A stretch of 64,000 nucleotides of DNA from Spirochaetaceae bacterium (GTDB lineage: Bacteria > Spirochaetota > Spirochaetia > DSM-2461). Below are positions 48,895 to 61,700 of the stretch, one piece after another (the first letter of the stretch is position 1; each line of letters opens with the position of its first letter). Made by a program: the position numbers and the translations under genes. A model generated the notes under the pieces. The model was not told where the DNA came from, made no database searches, and worked only from the letters and a program-made list of their open reading frames with translations. The DNA is taken from NCBI GenBank assembly GCA_965224705.1, contig OZ245056.1, positions 2,112,001 through 2,176,000 of the forward strand, written 5' to 3'.

Positions 48895-49536
48895 ATGGAA
48901 AGAATGCAACTGGTAGTTGAGTCCCGGAATGTGAAGAATAAAGGGAGCATCAGGCAATTAAGGAGAGAAGGCAGGATACCTGCGATTCTCTATGGAACAG
49001 GCAGTCCAAGTGCTGTTTCCGTCGATGCGAAGGAATGGATGAGCAGATTTCGCAGTATTTCCAATAATACTATAATTGAATTGAAGCATGGGAAAAAAGA
49101 GCATAAGGTGCTCATCAAAGACACACAGGATGATATTCTGACTGATTCAGTTTATCACATTGATTTCTATGCCATTCATGCCGGCAGGAAACTCCATACA
49201 AAGATTCCCATACATCTTGAAGGAACTCCGAATGGTGTTCGAGAAGGCGGAATTCTGGAGAATAAGATATCGGAACTTGAAGTTGTTTGTCTTCCCAAAG
49301 ATCTTCCATCAAATTTTTCTGTAAACATAGATCACCTTGAAGTTGGAGAATCCCTTCATGTGAGAGAAATTACAATTCCGGAAGGGATTGAAGTAAGGAC
49401 GGATCTGAATCTTACAGTCGCCGTTGTTTCCCTGGCGGGAGGGGAGATTGAAACCGACCAGGAAGGCATTGAGGATGATATTTCTATCGAAGCTGATTCG
49501 GATATCGGTGATCAAGAGGGTAGTGGAAAGGATTAA
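48895..49536 (+). CDS. rplY: 50S ribosomal protein L25/Ctc
   Basis: RREGRIPAILYG, HIDF, GVREGG. Confidence 0.95.
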   Translation: MERMQLVVESRNVKNKGSIRQLRREGRIPAILYGTGSPSAVSVDAKEWMSRFRSISNNTIIELKHGKKEHKVLIKDTQDDILTDSVYHIDFYAIHAGRKLHTKIPIHLEGTPNGVREGGILENKISELEVVCLPKDLPSNFSVNIDHLEVGESLHVREITIPEGIEVRTDLNLTVAVVSLAGGEIETDQEGIEDDISIEADSDIGDQEGSGKD

Positions 49537-49537
49537 C

Positions 49538-50128
49538 ATGGGTGACCCCATGTTTGTTATGGGGTTGGGAAATCCTGGAACACGCTATCAATTTACCCGC
49601 CATAATGCTGGTTACAGAGTTGTGGATACCATGATGCAGGAGAAGGCAGTGGTGTTTCGTCATCGCCGATTCTCAAGGATCTATCAATCTGACATCCCAG
49701 GAGATGAGTTCAATCGTCCTGTTTCCTTTATTCGCTGGTCTGGATATATGAATGAATCTGGAGGAGTTGCTGGTTATCTCAGGCGAAAATACTCTCTGGC
49801 ACCGGAAAATCTCTTCGTTGTATTGGATAACATGGATCTTCCACCGGGAACTTGCAGGCTTAAGACTGCCGGAGGGAATGCAGGTCATAATGGATTGAAA
49901 TCGCTGATTCGCTCCCTGGGGACAGGGTCTTTCAATCGAATGTACATTGGTATTGGCCGTCCGAAAGCAGATTGGAGTGTTGTAGACCATGTTCTGGGCA
50001 GACCCGATAAGATAGAAAGAGAGGCCATTGATGGGGCTTGTGCAAAGGCGGCCATGGCTCTCTGGGAACTGAGGAGCAGCAGCTTTGAGAGAGTTTCTGA
50101 GTTTGTGAATCGGCGTGTTACTTCTTGA
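49538..50128 (+). CDS. pth: Peptidyl-tRNA hydrolase
   Basis: GLGNPG, TRHNAG, YMNESG, GHNGLKS. Confidence 0.95.
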   Translation: MGDPMFVMGLGNPGTRYQFTRHNAGYRVVDTMMQEKAVVFRHRRFSRIYQSDIPGDEFNRPVSFIRWSGYMNESGGVAGYLRRKYSLAPENLFVVLDNMDLPPGTCRLKTAGGNAGHNGLKSLIRSLGTGSFNRMYIGIGRPKADWSVVDHVLGRPDKIEREAIDGACAKAAMALWELRSSSFERVSEFVNRRVTS

Positions 50129-50255
50129 GTAGCACAGGGAAGGCAAAAACTCTTCAGAAGGATTCCTGTTCCAGTTAATAGTTTATGATCTGTGTTCGCT
50201 GGATTATCTGGTTAAGGTTAGGGTATGAGAGATTCGGGAAGAGAGTTTTTTTGAG

Positions 50256-51533
50256 GTGTCTGCAGCTTCAACAGAGAAAGCATTTCAGGATGCATTGAAA
50301 ACGAATAGTATTGGAAGAAATTCTGCCTGTTTGATTGGGCTTTCTGGTGGAGGGGATTCAGTTTCTCTCCTTGCCCTGGCAGCCCGTACACCAGACCTGA
50401 CTGTTCATGCTGCCCGGGTTGCTCATGGAATACGCGATGGTGTTGAAGAGGAGGCCGAGAGTCTTTTATGCAGAAATCTATGCCGTCAGTTCAATGTCTC
50501 CTTCACAGATATTAAGCTGTCATCCCGTGAGGTAGATGATGTCAGGAAAAGGCTTGGGTGCGGTATGGAACAGGCTGCTCGACAGGCCCGACTGTTTCAT
50601 CTGGAGCAGCATAGACACAGTGTCAGGGCCCATTTCATTTTTCTGGGGCATACAGCAGATGATCAGTTGGAAACAATCCTGATGCGTTTACTGACAGGCT
50701 CAGGTCCGGAAGGGCTCAAAGGAATCCCAATGAGAAGAGGCCGAATAATACGTCCTCTGATATTTGAAACCAGGAAAAATCTACGCCTCTGGCTGAAGAG
50801 CCAGGGAATTCAATGGGCAGAAGATCCCTCGAATGATTCCAGTAGACATCGCCGTAATCGCATACGAAATGAACTCATACCACTGCTTACATCAATTATT
50901 CCGGGCTGGGAGAAAGCGGCTCTTACTCTGGCAGAACGTTCAAGGGAGGTCCATAGAACTCTGAAAACCGTGCTGCAAAACACTGTGGAATGCCAATGGA
51001 CCAGCAGGGATGGCCGGTGGTTAGCTGCAAAGTGGGATACAGCCCCCCAATACATCAAAGCCATGGTCTTGTGGGAGGCATTGAATCGTTTCGATGATTC
51101 CAGTATTCCGGATCGCCGTTTCCCCTGGGAAACCATTACAGCTGCGCGGCGAATTCTTGATACTTCGGGAAAATGGATGGGCTTTGGTGTTTCTATTCAT
51201 CGGCAGAATGATTATTTTGTTGTGAGGTCTTGTCATTCGGATGCCGGAAGGGTAAGAATTGTCGTTGAGAGAGAAGATCTAATTGATGAATTCAATGAAC
51301 TGTTTGGTTCCTGGAGTATTCGTATCGGGCAGGGCAGTTCCGCTGCTGCTGTCTGCTATTATGTTAGAAACAGCGATTGGCCGCTTCTGCTTGAACTTGA
51401 GCAGCGTAATGGCAGAGTCTTAAAAAAACTATCAGGACGAGGTGGAAAAATTACAAGAAAGTCAGACTTGCATGTATACGATGACGTTGAAGCTAAAAAG
51501 ATATATATTGGGGTAGATGAGTATGTCAGATGA
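50256..51533 (+). CDS. tilS: tRNA(Ile)-lysidine synthetase
   Basis: SGGGDS, HTADDQLET, EDPSN, RNRIR. Confidence 0.93.
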   Translation: MSAASTEKAFQDALKTNSIGRNSACLIGLSGGGDSVSLLALAARTPDLTVHAARVAHGIRDGVEEEAESLLCRNLCRQFNVSFTDIKLSSREVDDVRKRLGCGMEQAARQARLFHLEQHRHSVRAHFIFLGHTADDQLETILMRLLTGSGPEGLKGIPMRRGRIIRPLIFETRKNLRLWLKSQGIQWAEDPSNDSSRHRRNRIRNELIPLLTSIIPGWEKAALTLAERSREVHRTLKTVLQNTVECQWTSRDGRWLAAKWDTAPQYIKAMVLWEALNRFDDSSIPDRRFPWETITAARRILDTSGKWMGFGVSIHRQNDYFVVRSCHSDAGRVRIVVEREDLIDEFNELFGSWSIRIGQGSSAAAVCYYVRNSDWPLLLELEQRNGRVLKKLSGRGGKITRKSDLHVYDDVEAKKIYIGVDEYVR

Positions 51534-53379
51534 CAATAATAACAAAGATAAGAAAAACGGCTTCAAAATTGAATTTGGAAACCGAACAGCTCTCTATCTG
51601 GTGGTTGGTTTAGCACTTGCTTTTATTCTGTTTGTTACCTTTTCAAGGTCATCCGGCCGTGAAGAGATAAGCTATTCGGCATTCCTGATGGAACTTCAGT
51701 CAGGGAATGTTGAAGAGGTAACCATTTATGACATGAGGGAGGTTCATGGCATCCGATACAGTCCGGACGGCCGCAACACATCATTTGTTACCATAATTCC
51801 ATATTTTGATGAAACGCTGCTGCTCAGTCTGGAAGAGAGCGGGGTCACGATTAAAGGGGACTCCAAAGGGGTCTCATTGTTTGCCATGGGACTTCAGGTT
51901 CTTCCAGTCATCCTGATCATTGTTTTCATTGTCTGGATGTACAGAAATGCCAGGGGTGGTAATCAAGCCATGTCTTTCGGCCGGAGTACTGCGAAGCGGT
52001 ACGATGTATCCGATAATAAAGTTACCTTTGCAGATGTTGCTGGACAGAAAGAGGCAAAATACGAGCTGCAGGAAGTGGTGGCATTTCTCAAAAATCCCGA
52101 GCGATTCACACGGATTGGTGCAAAAATTCCAAAAGGCGTGTTACTGGTTGGACAGCCTGGAACAGGTAAAACCCTGTTGGCTAAGGCTGTTGCGGGTGAG
52201 GCTGATGTTGCTTTCTTTCACATGTCCGGGTCGGATTTCGTTGAGATGTTTGTCGGTGTCGGTGCCAGTCGAGTTCGCAATCTTTTCGAACAGGGCCGCA
52301 AGAATGCCCCATGCATACTGTTTATTGATGAAATTGATGCTGTGGGCCGTACCAGGGGAGCCGGTTACGGAGGGGGGCATGATGAGAGAGAGCAGACACT
52401 CAACCAGCTCCTTGTGGAGATGGATGGCTTTGAAACCGATGCAGGAGTTATCATTATTGCTGCAACCAATAGACCGGATGTTTTAGATCCTGCTCTACTG
52501 CGGCCAGGGCGATTCGATCGCCAGGTTGTAGTGGCCATGCCCGATGTCAAAGAACGTCTGGCGATTTTCAAAATACATTCAGCCAGGCTGCAGCTTGCAA
52601 AAAGTGTTGATCTTACTGTGATTGCCCGTGCTACACCAGGTTCTTCCGGAGCGGACATTGCCAACATTGTCAATGAAGCCGCTTTATATGCCGGCAGGGC
52701 AAACCGAAAAAGGGTTGCCATGGAAGACTTTGAAGAGGCTCGGGACAAAATTCTCATGGGCATTGCCAGGAGAAGCATGGTAATGGCAGAAGAAGACAAA
52801 CGCATGACCGCCTACCATGAGGCTGGTCACACCCTGCTGCACTATGTTCAGGAGAAAGCCGATCCTGTGCACAAAGTCACGATAATTCCCCGGGGACAGG
52901 CATTGGGGGTAACGTTCAGTCTGCCTGAGCAGGATCAGTACAGCCGGGGCGAGAGCTGGATCAGAGCCCGGCTCGTTGTGATGTATGGCGGATTTGCTGC
53001 CGAAGAACTCATATTTAATGAAACAACGACTGGGGCACAGAATGATATACAGCAGGCAACCGATCTGGCGCGGAAAATGGTTTGCGAGTGGGGCATGAGC
53101 AACCTTGGCCCTGTGGCATTGGGAGGCGGTGATTCCCCCATATTCATAGGGAAGGAAATTGCTCAGCATGCTGATTACTCGGATGGTACTGCAGAAAGAA
53201 TCGATCTTGAAATTCGCTCCATCCTTCAGGATGCCCTGGATACAGCTCGAAAATTTATGAAACAGAAACGGGAATATCTGGAAAGTCTGACAGAAGCATT
53301 GATTGAAAGAGAGACTATGGATGACATGGAAATTCGAGAGCTCTGGGGTTTGAAAGATGGCAGGGCTCTTCTGGTGTGA
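51517..53379 (+). CDS. ftsH: ATP-dependent zinc metalloprotease FtsH
   Basis: Two TM segments, [13 protein letters not shown]. Confidence 0.97.
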   Translation: MSMSDDNNNKDKKNGFKIEFGNRTALYLVVGLALAFILFVTFSRSSGREEISYSAFLMELQSGNVEEVTIYDMREVHGIRYSPDGRNTSFVTIIPYFDETLLLSLEESGVTIKGDSKGVSLFAMGLQVLPVILIIVFIVWMYRNARGGNQAMSFGRSTAKRYDVSDNKVTFADVAGQKEAKYELQEVVAFLKNPERFTRIGAKIPKGVLLVGQPGTGKTLLAKAVAGEADVAFFHMSGSDFVEMFVGVGASRVRNLFEQGRKNAPCILFIDEIDAVGRTRGAGYGGGHDEREQTLNQLLVEMDGFETDAGVIIIAATNRPDVLDPALLRPGRFDRQVVVAMPDVKERLAIFKIHSARLQLAKSVDLTVIARATPGSSGADIANIVNEAALYAGRANRKRVAMEDFEEARDKILMGIARRSMVMAEEDKRMTAYHEAGHTLLHYVQEKADPVHKVTIIPRGQALGVTFSLPEQDQYSRGESWIRARLVVMYGGFAAEELIFNETTTGAQNDIQQATDLARKMVCEWGMSNLGPVALGGGDSPIFIGKEIAQHADYSDGTAERIDLEIRSILQDALDTARKFMKQKREYLESLTEALIERETMDDMEIRELWGLKDGRALLV

Positions 53380-55097
53380 GCCTTCGCTGTCTACTATGCC
53401 CATTTTTGTTTTCCTCCATAGTATTAACCGGATTCTCCAGCGATGATTTAGCGCGTATATGGATTGGCAGAGCTGCCGATCTTTTGAACAAATCTCAACT
53501 GGATCAGCAGGATCTCATGGAAGCTGACAGGGCATTGGACATTGCGGAAGAATTCCAGGCACCCGGTCCTGATGCCCTGTATCTCAGGGCCCTGACAGTT
53601 AAAGATGGGCGCATCCCTGTGGAAGGAATACCGACACGTCTGGCCTATGATCTGTCTCTGGCTGCTCTTGACAGTGATGCAGTTCCGGGTGCTTCTGCTG
53701 AGATTTCGTTCAGAGAGCGGGCTTTTTTGTATGCCGCTATGGCACTGCGATTGAAAAAATATGAAGACTACCTTGATGAATATACCTCATGGCCGAAGGG
53801 AGAAAGGAATGCCATAACCATACTGTATGCGGCGGCCCGTTCAGCCCTGTTTCTTGGGTATCAGGACCAGGCAATCGATCTGGCCCTGAGAGGTGAATCC
53901 CTTTCAGGGGAAACAGATAGTCTGGCTGGATTTGAACTCAATCTGGACCATCCATTGTCGGCATTTCGAGCCATTGCAGTGGCGGCCGGTGATGAAAAAC
54001 TGACAGGAACATTTGCTTCAGCCCGGAAACGCTGGGGACAGTCTCTGGAAGATGCCATCATGCCCTGGATTCTTTCCGGCAGGGTCAGCGGAAATACAAT
54101 CAGGGTAATTCTCCCTTCACTCAGTGAATCGGCAGGCAAACTGGCCAATGCCGTTATCGGCCTTGAACCCCTGGCCGACATTCAAGGCGACCTGGCCCTG
54201 GCCCGCATGCTGGAAGACTCATATCCCCTGGAGAAAAGGCTCACATCTTTTACGGGTGTATTGACTGCTGATGCCGAATACGATGGGTATGAGGAAGAAA
54301 GAATTGAAGTGGTTAACGGACAGCCTGTTTACCGGGTGATTGATGCAGACCAGGATGGGCAGTACGAATGGGAAATTCATTTCGAGGATGGCATTCCTGA
54401 ACAGATTCGTCTGGATGGCGGTCGTTTGGAGATTCTCTATGATGAGAAATCATACCCTGAGGTACATTCCATCAACAGCACTGATGGGAGTGCTCATGGA
54501 AATGCCATATTTCTCCCGGGGGCCTTCTCCTGGGATCCTGGAAACGGAAACCATTTATCCATCCAGCTTGATAGGCCTGATTGGGTTGATAATGACCTCT
54601 GGCCCTTCATGAGTAGAATTTCCCTTCAGGCGCAATTGAATGATGGCAGGGAGTTGGGCAGGATATTCATCTGGCTCGACAAAGGTATCCCGGTCAAGTC
54701 TGTTGAGGTCCATTATTCGGATTCCAATCAGGAAGATCCACTCTGGGTTAAGGAGCTTCTTTACGAGGATGGCATTGTAACGGCGGGGAGAAGGTCATTG
54801 CGGAAGATATCGGGAACTGAACGTCTATGGGAACTCTACGAACGGTATGAAAATGGAGAAATTGTTGGCCTGGCCTGGGATCCCGGGATGAGAGGGACAC
54901 CAGTGTATCTGAAAGACTGGGCTCTTGAAACCTACCTGCAAATCCACGTCTGGAATCTTGATGGGGATGACTGGATGGATATGAGACGTTTTGTCAGTAC
55001 TGAGATTGGAGACTCCGTCCGTGAGCTCCATATAACGGAGGCTGGTGAAAGTGATCTTTTACCGTGGTCTTCCGATAGCTGGTATCCATGGGAATAG
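53376..55097 (+). CDS. Exported hypothetical protein
   Basis: 573-aa ORF coupled to ftsH; DADQDG-type motifs. Confidence 0.65.
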   Translation: MSLRCLLCPFLFSSIVLTGFSSDDLARIWIGRAADLLNKSQLDQQDLMEADRALDIAEEFQAPGPDALYLRALTVKDGRIPVEGIPTRLAYDLSLAALDSDAVPGASAEISFRERAFLYAAMALRLKKYEDYLDEYTSWPKGERNAITILYAAARSALFLGYQDQAIDLALRGESLSGETDSLAGFELNLDHPLSAFRAIAVAAGDEKLTGTFASARKRWGQSLEDAIMPWILSGRVSGNTIRVILPSLSESAGKLANAVIGLEPLADIQGDLALARMLEDSYPLEKRLTSFTGVLTADAEYDGYEEERIEVVNGQPVYRVIDADQDGQYEWEIHFEDGIPEQIRLDGGRLEILYDEKSYPEVHSINSTDGSAHGNAIFLPGAFSWDPGNGNHLSIQLDRPDWVDNDLWPFMSRISLQAQLNDGRELGRIFIWLDKGIPVKSVEVHYSDSNQEDPLWVKELLYEDGIVTAGRRSLRKISGTERLWELYERYENGEIVGLAWDPGMRGTPVYLKDWALETYLQIHVWNLDGDDWMDMRRFVSTEIGDSVRELHITEAGESDLLPWSSDSWYPWE

Positions 55098-56821
55098 ATA
55101 TGAAGCTTCATACAGTATCCTGTACGGTAGTCCTTCTACTCATTTCCTGTGCAGGAATCCCGGAGTCTGATCTTCCAGGTCTTCCAGTTACCGATTCTTA
55201 TTCTAGGCGCATTGAATCTCTTCTGGCGGAGGGAGACAGTTTACGAGCTATACCGCTTATACAGGCCTGGGAAAAGGAAAGCGGTAAGAATCATGATTTA
55301 TATCAAACCGCTATTGACCGCATCAAAACGGATTGGCATACGGTTCGTGATGACGGCGACTGGAAGCGGGCCATTGCTTATCTCCGTTCATTCAAGGTAT
55401 TGAGTGATTTAACTCATCTCACGGATGTCACAGAAGTAGATCTCTTTGTCCAGGGTGCAATGGACTACATCAAATCAAGCAGAATTGGAGCGGCCGCAGC
55501 ATTGATTCAAGCCAATATTGATCCAGATAATCTGGATGACGAGACAAGAGAAGAACTGGCCGGAGTTTTTTCTGACGCCGGATATACATCATTGTCGGCC
55601 ATGTTACGGTCCGAACCCATACCCGAATCACCGGGAATGGAACCCTTAATAAATGGAACAATCACCGTCTGGGTTAACAGGGGACTACGCCTTGAGGGAA
55701 ATGTGGGCGTGCCGGACAGAGGAATTGGTTCAGGCTTTTTTATCGATTCAAATGGCTATCTTCTGACAAATTACCATGTCATCGAGAGTGAAGTGAACCC
55801 ATCGTATAAGGGCTATTCCAGGCTCTTCATCAAAACCGATGAGGAATCCGGAGACCGGATTCCTGCCAGAGTGGTTGGTTGGGACAAAAACTTTGATCTT
55901 GCTCTGTTGAAAACCGAAATGGATGTACCCTATGTTTTCAGCTTTGCCAATCAGGAAATGCCTGAACTTGGGGACAGGATCTCAGCGATTGGCTCACCAG
56001 GAGGCCTGGCAAAAACCCTCACTTCCGGAACCGTTTCGGCATTTGCCAGATCTGTACAACCCCTGGCCGGTTCTTTACAGATTGATGTCCCCATCAATCC
56101 TGGGAACAGTGGAGGCCCTCTGCTCAACAACAATGGTGAGATCATAGGTGTTGTATTCGCCGGAATAACAGATTTTGAGGGGATAAATTTTGCCATTCCC
56201 GGACAATATGCCCAGAGTCTTATACCGGCCCTGTATGAAGGGGGACAGATTGAACTCCCCTGGCTGGGTGTCTCAGCCTGGGATAATTCAGGAGAGATTG
56301 ATGTTATCTATGTGGTTCCCCACACTCCAGCAGCCGATACAGGTCTGCTTCCCGGTGATGTAATCAAGAGTATTAATGGCCAGTCTCTGGTCAGTATACG
56401 GCAGGTGCAGGAGTATATGATTACCTGTATTCCCGGAACTCTTGTCTCCATTGAGTGGGGCCGTGATGGAGTAGATCATCAGGCTGCAGCATACCTGGAT
56501 GTTCGGCCTGAAATCCCATTGAAAGAAGCCCTGTCCATGGATGCCCGTGAGCATCTGCTCGCACCATTGTTTGGATTCACTGTAGAGCGAATAGACGGCT
56601 GGGGTTTCAGGCAAAAATACCGGATAGTATCAGTTCTTCAAGGTTCCACTGCTGATGAGGCAGGATTCTCTGCTGGAGATGCCATTTCGCTGAAGAGATG
56701 GCGGTATGTAAAAGAAATTGATGCGGTGTTTATTCAGCTTAATCTCAAAGGACGAAAAGCAGGTTTCCTGGAATCCGCTGTTCAATTGGGTTCGTATTTG
56801 AATATCAATACAGTCTTTTAG
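55088..56821 (+). CDS. S1C (HtrA-like) serine protease with PDZ, lipoprotein
   Basis: TNYHV, DLALL, GNSGGP triad; LLISC lipobox. Confidence 0.88.
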   Translation: MGIDMKLHTVSCTVVLLLISCAGIPESDLPGLPVTDSYSRRIESLLAEGDSLRAIPLIQAWEKESGKNHDLYQTAIDRIKTDWHTVRDDGDWKRAIAYLRSFKVLSDLTHLTDVTEVDLFVQGAMDYIKSSRIGAAAALIQANIDPDNLDDETREELAGVFSDAGYTSLSAMLRSEPIPESPGMEPLINGTITVWVNRGLRLEGNVGVPDRGIGSGFFIDSNGYLLTNYHVIESEVNPSYKGYSRLFIKTDEESGDRIPARVVGWDKNFDLALLKTEMDVPYVFSFANQEMPELGDRISAIGSPGGLAKTLTSGTVSAFARSVQPLAGSLQIDVPINPGNSGGPLLNNNGEIIGVVFAGITDFEGINFAIPGQYAQSLIPALYEGGQIELPWLGVSAWDNSGEIDVIYVVPHTPAADTGLLPGDVIKSINGQSLVSIRQVQEYMITCIPGTLVSIEWGRDGVDHQAAAYLDVRPEIPLKEALSMDAREHLLAPLFGFTVERIDGWGFRQKYRIVSVLQGSTADEAGFSAGDAISLKRWRYVKEIDAVFIQLNLKGRKAGFLESAVQLGSYLNINTVF

Positions 56822-56850
56822 TTTTCAATATTAATTGATATGGTTCTTTC

Positions 56851-58665
56851 ATGCCCATAGATCAGTCCCTCATTCGAAATTTCTGTATTATTGCCCACAT
56901 TGATCATGGGAAATCCACACTGGCCGATCGTTTCCTCCAGCATACTCATCTGGTAAGCGACCGTGATTTCCACGACCAGATGCTTGATTCCATGGATATT
57001 GAACAGGAACGGGGAATTACTATTAAGAGCCAGGCGGTTACCATTGATTTTGAAGCTGCTGATGGTAAAACCTACAGACTGAACCTTGTAGATACCCCCG
57101 GGCACGTTGATTTCTCCTATGAAGTGAGCCGGGCGATTTCTTCGTGTGAGGGGGCCCTGCTGCTCGTTGATGCTACCCAGGGGGTGGAGGCCCAGACCCT
57201 TTCCAATATGTATGTGGCCCTTGAATACAACCTGGAGATTCTTCCTGTGATCAATAAAATCGATCTACCCAGTGCAAATATTGAAACAGTACGGCACCAG
57301 ATTGACCATGATCTAGGACTGATCGGTGAGATGGCCATGCCGGTATCAGCGAAAACAGGTGAGGGGATTACCGAACTTCTCAATTCCCTTGTAGAGAACA
57401 TCCCGGCTCCAGAGGGTGATCGACAATCGCCGCTCAAGGCCCTGATTTTTGATTCTCACTATGATGCCTACCGAGGAGTCGTTATCCATGTCCGTGTATT
57501 TGAAGGCAGTGTAAAGAGTGGGCAATCCATACGTTTTATGGCCGGGGGATCTGAGTACAGAGTGGAAGATGTTGGCGAATTCCGTCTCGTATCTGAACGA
57601 ACTGATTCCCTTGCTGCCGGAGATGTCGGCTGGCTGATTGCAGGGATCAAAAACATATCTGATATACGAGTAGGCGATACTGTAACTGACGTAGAGAATC
57701 CGGCAGCGGAACCCCTGGCAGGCTTCCGGGATGTTAAACCCGTTGTGTTTTCGTCAATCTATCCAGTCGATACCAATCAGTATGAAGAATTACATATGGC
57801 CCTGGATAAGTTGAAGCTCAATGATTCCTCACTTGTATGGGAAAAAGATGCTTCCATGGCTCTGGGTTTCGGGTTTCGCTGCGGTTTTCTTGGTCTGTTG
57901 CATTTAGAGGTGGTCCAGGAACGTCTGGAGCGTGAATATGGCCTGAACATTGTTCTGACCAGCCCATCGGTCCGGTATCGTATCATACCGGTCAGAAAAG
58001 AAGCATACTATCTGGATAATCCAGCAGAATTCCCGGATGTCACCACGTTAGCTGGTGCTGAGGAACCCTATATCAAGGCTTCCATAATTACTCCGGTCGA
58101 TTATCTTGGTCCTCTGATGAATCTTTGTATGAACAAACGCGGCATTCAGCTGGACATGACCTATCTTGATGAGACCAGAGTAGAGCTTGTCTATGAGTTA
58201 CCTCTTGGGGAAGTTCTGTTTGATTTTTATGATAGGTTGAAATCAAACAGCCGTGGATATGCGTCGTTTGATTATGAGTTGACTGATTATAAAAAGACAG
58301 ATCTTGTAAAACTGGACATACTGGTCAATTCCGAACCCGTCGATGCCTTGAGTCAACTGGTGTTCCGTGATAACGCCCAGCGTCGAGGTCGGCAGGTGTG
58401 TAAAAAATTGAAGGAAGAGATTCCCCGGCAGCAGTTCAAAATTCCTGTTCAGGCCGCTGTAGGGGGAAGTATTATCGCACGGGAAACTGTCAGTGCTTTG
58501 AGAAAGGATGTGACAGCCAAGTGTTACGGAGGTGATATAACCCGTAAGCGGAAACTGCTGGAGAAACAGAAGGAAGGTAAAAAGCGCATGAAAATGGTGG
58601 GAAACGTTGAGCTGCCCCAGAGTGCCTTTCTTTCAGTCCTGCGAACAGATGAGAACGATGGTTGA
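56851..58665 (+). CDS. lepA: Translation elongation factor 4
   Basis: AHIDHGKSTLADR, KCYGGDITRKRKLLEKQK. Confidence 0.97.
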   Translation: MPIDQSLIRNFCIIAHIDHGKSTLADRFLQHTHLVSDRDFHDQMLDSMDIEQERGITIKSQAVTIDFEAADGKTYRLNLVDTPGHVDFSYEVSRAISSCEGALLLVDATQGVEAQTLSNMYVALEYNLEILPVINKIDLPSANIETVRHQIDHDLGLIGEMAMPVSAKTGEGITELLNSLVENIPAPEGDRQSPLKALIFDSHYDAYRGVVIHVRVFEGSVKSGQSIRFMAGGSEYRVEDVGEFRLVSERTDSLAAGDVGWLIAGIKNISDIRVGDTVTDVENPAAEPLAGFRDVKPVVFSSIYPVDTNQYEELHMALDKLKLNDSSLVWEKDASMALGFGFRCGFLGLLHLEVVQERLEREYGLNIVLTSPSVRYRIIPVRKEAYYLDNPAEFPDVTTLAGAEEPYIKASIITPVDYLGPLMNLCMNKRGIQLDMTYLDETRVELVYELPLGEVLFDFYDRLKSNSRGYASFDYELTDYKKTDLVKLDILVNSEPVDALSQLVFRDNAQRRGRQVCKKLKEEIPRQQFKIPVQAAVGGSIIARETVSALRKDVTAKCYGGDITRKRKLLEKQKEGKKRMKMVGNVELPQSAFLSVLRTDENDG

Positions 58666-58786
58666 CGAAACTGACGGTGTGGGCTTCATCATTTTTGTAT
58701 GTCAATAATGTAATTTTCTGGAATTGTTTCAATAGAAGTATTATAGTAATATGTGTTTGTTCTGTGTCAGGGAGTATGAAGTTGAT

Positions 58787-61700
58787 ATGAAAGTCTTTGA
58801 TCAATTGTTTTTTCGTTTGATCCTGGCGGTTTTAATCATTTTTACAGTCACAGGTTGTTCCGAGTTCCTGCCTGGAGATCGGTTGGAGCCAGGCGATGAT
58901 TCTACGGTCGCTACACGGATCGGAACCATACACCATCTGACATGGGACACTGTGGAAGATGCCATTGGTTATCAGGTACAAATCGCTGAATCTGAGGCCG
59001 AATTGGAGATGGTGCCCGTCGTCAATGTCGAGAAACCCTCCTACAGCTTCGGGACACCTTTGGCTGTCGGAACAGCTCTGTACTGGCGTGTACGGCCAAA
59101 GACTTTTAACCAAGGAAACACCGAATGGAGTACGGTTTATGTTTTTTTCGTAAACACACAGAAAGATTCCGGTCAGGAATCGGAAGATACGGACGAAGAC
59201 GATGTTGAGGATGAAGAAAACAGGGAAAAACATGGCGATAAATCCAGGGAAACAGCTAACGAAAACGACAGAGAAAATAATTATGATAAATCTGATGAAC
59301 ATATTTACATAGATCCATCTGAAATCCCCATGAAGGAATGGAAAGATCTTATGGGTGAGTTCTTCGCCTGGGATGCTGCATCCGATCTGCCGCCGAACGA
59401 GTTTGATTTCAGGGATGCGATTGAGTTCTGCAACCGCCGCAGTTCAGCCGAAGGAAGGGATCCCGCTTACAGGCTCTTTTCTGGAGAAGTTATTCTGCTC
59501 CCATGGGCAGACGGCTATCGATTGAAACCATTGGCTGACTGGGGAGGGCACTATAAGGAAAGGCAGGAGAATAAACGTAAGGGCCGATGGCCACATTGGG
59601 ACTCCTCTGACAGAGATGGATATCGGAAAGGTAAGAGGCCAGATCATGAATCTCCAGCCCGATGGGACAGCAGCATGAGTTCTCTGAGCCCTTCGGGAGA
59701 TGAGATTGTCACCAGTGCCATTGTCCCGTTCCATTGGGATTCTGTGGATGGTGCAGCCAGCTATCAGATTCAGATATGGGATGCCAGGATGATGGTCAAT
59801 ACGCATTCAGTGGAAGTTGAAGACTCTTTTCATGCAATTGAAGCATTGCCGAATGGTACCTGGCATTGGCGTGCAAGAGCTATTGGACAGAAAGGCGAGG
59901 AAGGTGATTGGAGCGATATCATACGATTCAGAAAACGATGGGGAGCAGTGAGAGGTCTGCAGCCTCCAGTCAATTCCGAGCTAGCGGATAGGACACCCAC
60001 ATTGAGCTGGGATGCGGTGAGCGATGCCGCTTTCTATCAGCTTCAAATCACCCGGCCCAGTTCTTCATTTATGAGATCGGATATCATTGATTTGTCCGAA
60101 CCATACTACACACCCGACAACCCCCTGGATGCAGATCAGATGTATTTCTGGCGAGTCAGAGCAGTGGATGTGTATGGTCAGGTTGGATTCTGGAGCAAAG
60201 TGTTGTCATTTATGATAATCTGGTCCGGTGAGATTAACGGATTGAATCCGGCTGATGGCAGCTCAACTCTCAACCCTGCCCCCACTTTCAGTTGGAATCC
60301 TGTGGATGGAGTGGACGGTTATCAAATGCAGATAGCCGCCGATGAAGCGGATCTGGCCACGGCCAGGGAGATTGACCTGAAAGTCCCCTTCTACACATGG
60401 CCAGAGCAGCTGGATTCCGGAACAACATATTACTGGAGAGTGCGGGCTCTGAATTCTGACGGTCAGCCAACTCTCCGGAGCGAAGTTTCCTCTTTCAGCG
60501 TTGATTCTCCCCCTGTTGTCAGCGGATTGAAACCTGATGACGATGCTGTTACATATAACACCAGACAATCCCTCAGCTGGGAACCTGTAGATGATGCGGC
60601 AAAGTATCAGATTCTTCTTACAAACAGCTTGAATACGGTTGCGGCATCGACTCCTGTCGATGTTATGTCAGGGGAGAAGTATCTGCCGCCTCAAGATTTG
60701 TCCCTGGATGTCTGGTACTGGCAGGTTCGTTCAGTAAGTGAATATGGAACTGTTTCCCAATGGTCTCCAATACAGAAGTTTTCGGTAAGTGATGGCCGAT
60801 TGAGCCTTGTAGAACCTGTCAATGATGAGTTCCTTTTTGATCAAACCCCCAGTTTTGCCTGGAGTAGTGCGGCAGGTGCTGCATCCTACAGATTGCAGAT
60901 TGCTGAAGATTCATCCAGTCTTGCCTCTGCTCCTGTCATCCCGGTGTATGGTACAGGCCATACCCCTGCTGATAGTGAAGCCCTGGCTTTCGGCCGATAC
61001 AATTGGCGAATTCAAGCGGTGGATACTTTCGGTAACAGCGGCAGTTGGACGGCTGACTGGCCGATAAACATCGTAGACAGTCAAATCAGCGGCCTAACCC
61101 CTCTGTATGCGATGACCGACAGCAAGCCCTACGAACTGAGCTGGGATGTGGTGCAGCACGCAGAGACATACGAAATCCAGCTTGTCGATGACAGGTCTCA
61201 ACTTGTGGATACATCAATTTCCACCATAGTGGAAGAAGCCCGTTATCAGCCATCCTCATCTTTGAGTCAGTACAAAGTTCATTACTGGCGTGTCCGTGCT
61301 CTGGATGCCGGAAAAAATCCGGGACTGTGGAGTCAAACGCGAGTGCTGGTCGCTTATGATTCCAGTCAGCATGGAGAAAACATGGTAATACTGGCGGATG
61401 GTACTCAGTTCAATTCCATTGAAGATCTTGAAGACGGCTATGTTTTTGTACCAGGCAGCACTTTTATGATGGGTGAGAATTCCGATCAAGAGGTAACTTT
61501 ATCGTCGTATTCCATTAATCCGATGGAAGTAACCCATGAGGAGTTTCTGCAATTCCTGAATGATACCAGCGTGGAAATACAGTTTGAGCAATCGCCATCT
61601 GGCCGTTATATCACCATTGACAACATCCCGGTATTTGTTTTTGAGGTGGGAGTGCCTTATCCGATTATACAGGATGATACCGGCAGCCAGAGATTTGTTT